This document shows, piece after piece, positions 60,065 to 64,000 of a stretch of DNA of 64,000 nucleotides. Positions within the stretch are counted from its first letter, which is position 1, and each line of letters opens with the position of its first letter. The notes below the pieces were generated by a model. It did no database searches and had not been told where the DNA came from. It worked only from the letters and a program-made list of their open reading frames with translations. The DNA is from Heteronotia binoei. Lineage: Eukaryota. Location of the stretch: positions 21,762,001 to 21,826,000 of the forward strand of contig NC_083237.1 in assembly GCF_032191835.1 (NCBI RefSeq), in the 5' to 3' direction. Made by a program: the position numbers and the translations under genes.

Positions 60065-61043
60065 CAGGGCCTTTTTTGTAGCAGGAACTCCTTTGCATAT
60101 TAGGCCACACACCCTTGATGTAGCCAATCATAGAATCATAGAGTTGGACGGGACCTCCAGGGTCATCTAGTCCAACCTCCTGCAATAAATCCTCCAAGAG
60201 CTTACAGGGCTCTTCTTACAGGGCCTACTGTAAGCTCTCAAAGCAGGGGTGGGGAATGTCCAGCCCACGGGCCATTTATAGCCCACAAGATCACTTGGTC
60301 TGGCCCGCAGGGGATAGTGGGGCCGAACTGCATAGTGGCCTCCTCAGGGCCAGCTGGCCGGCAGGGATCACTGGGTGAAACTGTGCAGCAACCTCCCTGG
60401 GGCCCAGCTTGCCAGTTGGGATCACTGCAGGGCCTAGAAGAGTCACAGACGCAGTTCAGATAAGTCCCCCCCCCCATTTCTTTCTTCCCCATTCTCTCTC
60501 TCTGTGGTGCCTGAGTGGTGGGCATTGTGAAGTTGGTGCCTTTAAAGGTCTTGTGGGAGCAGCTGCAGTTTCTTGCATGGAGGAGGGAGGGGTGGAAGCA
60601 CGCTACTACCAGTTCAACTTGCACCTGATTATCCTAGATGGTGTGGCCTAATACACTAACGAGTATGTGACCTAATGTGCTAATGAGTTAATATGCTAAT
60701 ATTAGGGGGTATGTTCTAATATGCTAATGAGTTCCTGCTGGGCTTTTTCTACAAAAAAAGCCCTGACCTTAGACACTTGCCAAGGGCAGTGGGCTGGGGG
60801 CGGGGTGCCAAGTTAGGCTCCCCCCATGTGACTTTAAATAATTTTGCCGGCCTGAATTGTTCTATCTTGGTGGAGCACTGTTTTTTAAGTTGATCATTTT
60901 GTATGGCCCGTGAATGATGTTATAAATATTCAAATGGCCCTTGGCAGAAGTAAGGTTCCCCACCCCTGTTTTAGAGGATTGGCTACATCAGGAGAGTGTG
61001 GCCTAATAAGCAAAGGAGTCCCTGCTACAAAAAAAAAGCCCTG
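60065..61043. mobile_element. Palindromic hAT MITE carrying nested insertions
   Basis: Outer ends CAGGGC..GCCCTG with TSD TCAACCAC/TCAACCTC. Contains a CR1-tail fragment (~60128-60188) and a second hAT element at 60244-60968 (TIR CAGGGGTGGGGAA), which itself carries a MITE end at ~60640-60767. Confidence 0.75.
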
Positions 61044-61915
61044 TCAACCTCAACACTCCATCATGTTCCAGACCATTCGGGAAGCCTGCCCTTTTGTGTT
61101 CCAGAACATTAGATGCTTATGATTCTTAGGCGAAGGTCAGGTGGCATGCTTATCACGTTGTGGGTGCACCTCTAATTTTATCCACGTTTATTTGTTCTGT
61201 AGAGATTCTGTCAGACGTCCCACTCTTCACCTGCTTCACCATTCACTCACCCTGTGGGTGACCATCCAGACCATTGCTGCGTGGTAACCACAGTGCTGTG
61301 TTTCTTTTAAAATTATCACACACGCATGCGCATAAACATTTAAGGTGCTGTTCCACCCCAACAAACGAGAGAGGGGTTTTTTTGGAGGGAGGTTTCCACT
61401 TACGGACAACTGCCCTGGGGGCTCCCAATCCTGAAAGATGGCTGGAGTATTGAAGCGCATCAGCAGTGATGCCGTAGCTTGGGGGTAAGCGACCACTTAT
61501 GTGCACATCACTAACTTGCCTTTTAAAAATGGAGCCAAAGCAGAAAGCTTGACTTTGCATGAAAGCGATCTGGAAATGTGTGATGAGCTGGCAAGATCTG
61601 TAAAGATCAGACTTTATTCGGTGTCAGGAAAGTCAGGGTTGAGAAGGCAGGGCTGATAACTGGTACAGGATACCAATGATGCTGTCTGAACAAGCAATTT
61701 AAATATGGGAGAAGCAATGACACCAGATCAAAAAGCCTGTCTGACCCCAACCTTAATCTGATTGCATCTAATGCCGTCATGTTATTTACATATATGACCT
61801 CCTAAGGAAATAACAGAACAGATTATGTAACTGATCATAGGAGAAAACTAGATGAGCTGGGAGAAGTTTTTTTTTTTTTTAAGAGGACAGACTCTCTTCC
61901 CCTCTCCCCTCTCAG

Positions 61916-61942
61916 GTTATTGCAGCAAGAAGACAAAGGCAG
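61916..61942 (+). CDS. Candidate 27-nt symmetric micro-exon (GYCSKKTKAG)
   Basis: Strong polypyrimidine tract + CTCAG acceptor and CAG|GTTGTA donor; phase 1-1. Confidence 0.3.
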
Positions 61943-62935
61943 GTTGTACATCAAGACTGCATGCAACACTTAAAGCAGTGGGAAAAATTAAGTTTATAAA
62001 GCAGTTTGAGGAAATACTTGAAGGGTGAAGGATGGTGGCAATAAGGAATTTTACAAACAGTGAAGGAGTTATGAGTGGATTAAGAGCTATGATTGGGCGG
62101 CTCACAGTTTACAATGAAACAGCAATAAAAATGGAGTTAAACATTACGTTAAAAGCCATTAAGCTAAAAACAATTCAGGTGCTAATTTCAATACAATTTA
62201 AAGATAGCAAGATGAAACGAGCATTTTAAAGAAAGGAGGAGGGACATCATATGAAAAGGTCAGGGTTTAGGCTTGGAACTAAAACTAAAAGGTGAGGGTT
62301 GGAACTAAAACTCCTGGATGAACCCAGAGCCTCTATGTTGTGACTCTAGGGGGTCCGTTACAACCCATTTTTACAAGCCACGTCAGGCAGCAACAGCAGG
62401 AGATTGTTGAGCCCCTGTTGTTCTGCCATACATGGTTGTTGGGTTGGTTGCATTCACCTGGAAAGGCTGTGCAGGTAAGATCCCATAAACTGGAGACAGG
62501 GGCAAGTGAAAAGACACCTGGTTTTCAGCTGTTCCTAATTCATTTGAACTACCAAGCCAGTAAACTAGGGTTGCTGTCAGCGCAGGGTTCATCGAGGCTT
62601 CAACAATGATAGGACTCTTTTCTTTTGAAAATAAGTTTCATTTATTGAATACACAATGTTACTCATGCAGAAGGTCTTTGAAAGTGATAACATACATAGG
62701 GCAAGCACTAGCCTTTATGGGGGTACATCAAAGCCAGGGGGCTTTAAATCATTCTCATAACAAAGTTGCTTTCTACTTTCTGAGGTGTTTGATTCACACG
62801 CCTGCTATCTTTCTAGCTGGGCCATTTCCACTCCCCCTCTCAGCCGATGTCCTTGTGGCGCCTGGAAAGCGGCGGCGGTGCCTCTCCCTTGCCCTCTGGC
62901 CGTTTATTGCCTTTGGCGCCCAATTCCCTCCTGCC

Positions 62936-62945
62936 TTTCACTTCC
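62936..62945 (-). promoter_or_regulatory. ETS-IRF composite element (GGAAGTGAAA) in a small CpG-containing patch
   Basis: TTTCACTTCC on the + strand, within GC-rich 62830-62950. Confidence 0.35.
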
Positions 62946-63044
62946 CCCTCAGGCATACCTAAGATTCTACTATAGATCACTGGGGTTAGTCCTAAGCAAA
63001 TAAATACTATAGGCAATATAGTTAGTATCAACAGAACACAAGCT

Positions 63045-63531
63045 GACAGTTGCCAAGTCCAATTTAAGAAATATCTGGGGACTTTGGGGGTGGAGCCAAG
63101 ATCAAGGCTATAACAAGCATAATTGAACTCCAAACGGAGTTCTGGCCATCACATTTAAAGGGACGGCACACCTTTTCAATGCCTTCCTTCAATAGGAAAT
63201 AATGAAGGATAGGGGCGCCTTCTTTTGGGGCTCATAGAATTGGATCCCCTGGTCCAATCTTTTTGAAACTTGGGGGGGTATTTTGGGGAGAGGCACTAGA
63301 TGCTATACTGAAAATGTGGTGCCTCTACCTAAAAAAACAGCTTCCCCAGAGCCCCAGATACCCACGGATCAATTCTCCATTATTTTCTATGGGAATAAAT
63401 CTCCCTAGGGAATAAAAGAGTCCCCAGCAGACATTTCCCTCCCCTCCCCCCGCTTTCTGATAACCCTGAAGCGGGGGGAGGGCCTCCAAACCGGGGGATC
63501 CCCTGCTCCCACCTGGGGATTGGCAACCCTA
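63045..63531 (+). mobile_element. Non-autonomous hAT element (same family as 40662)
   Basis: Body colinear with 40662-41153; 3' TIR TGGCAACCCTA; 5' TIR degenerate. Confidence 0.8.
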
Positions 63532-63717
63532 CAGTAAACAGAAGGGAAATGTAACAGAGCATATACCTTTGCCAAGCAAATCCTCGTAATTATTCAAGTG
63601 TGTACCTAGTAAGAAGACTTGCAGCTTTCATTTGTCTTTCTTTGTGGTAAAAGTACCTCTGTCTCCAGCTGCTAAATTTGGATTATGACTGATCTTTCCT
63701 TTGTCATTTATATACAG

Positions 63718-63789
63718 GTCCAAGCAGTCAGGAGGTGAACAGCAATAACAACAGAACGTCATGGTTATTTTCCTGGTTATTTAAATTCT
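63718..63789 (+). CDS. Candidate symmetric exon (GPSSQEVNSNNNRTSWLFSWLFKF), gene continues beyond the window
   Basis: ctttcctttgtcatttatatacag acceptor and T|GTGAGT donor; 72 nt, phase 1-1, open. Confidence 0.45.
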
Positions 63790-64000
63790 GTGAGTTTGGA
63801 ATGACTGTAAAAGATTTGCCCCTCCCTGTAATATCAGGCGAAGGGCTTTTCCCACATTCTCAATTTACTCTTAAGTTTCTGTTTCTTTGGGAGAGGGCGG
63901 TCCTTGTTCCACACGTTTTGTTCCCTGTAGTGGTCAATTCAATATTAAGCAGGTTTATTTCCAGTTTATCTTCCTGCAGTTTAAATCAACAGAGAGATAA

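Noticed and set aside
59609-60127. 172-aa minus-strand ORF
   Set aside because: Starts inside a MITE, has no recognisable domain, and overlaps better-supported + strand signals.

Overview
Vertebrate genomic DNA from a squamate reptile, most likely a gecko; this is inferred from Sauria-type, Squam3-like and 5S-derived SINEs and small hAT MITEs. The region corresponds to part of the human 16p11.2 neighbourhood. Well-supported spliced genes, left to right: prostasin PRSS8 (+), with two tandem intact copies of its catalytic/GPI terminal exon; KAT8/MOF (-, 11 exons, 483 aa); two paralogous 9-finger C2H2 ZNF genes (-); and PYCARD/ASC (-, 3 exons, 205 aa). Head-to-head with PYCARD, and not evident as any single ORF in the track, is an NLRP1/CARD8-like FIIND gene on the + strand. 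It has three intact UPA-subdomain exons and no ZU5 half or autoproteolysis site. An in-frame ATG is supplied by a mutated MITE, and the terminal CARD exon resembles ASC exon 3 but is stopped and truncated. It is flanked and interrupted by a 3'-truncated CR1 and a decayed L1. Interferon-type motifs (ISRE+GAS, a triplicated IRF core, EICE) cluster around this inflammasome locus. All coordinates were read by hand. Homology statements rest on recalled sequences, not database searches, and no expression evidence is available.
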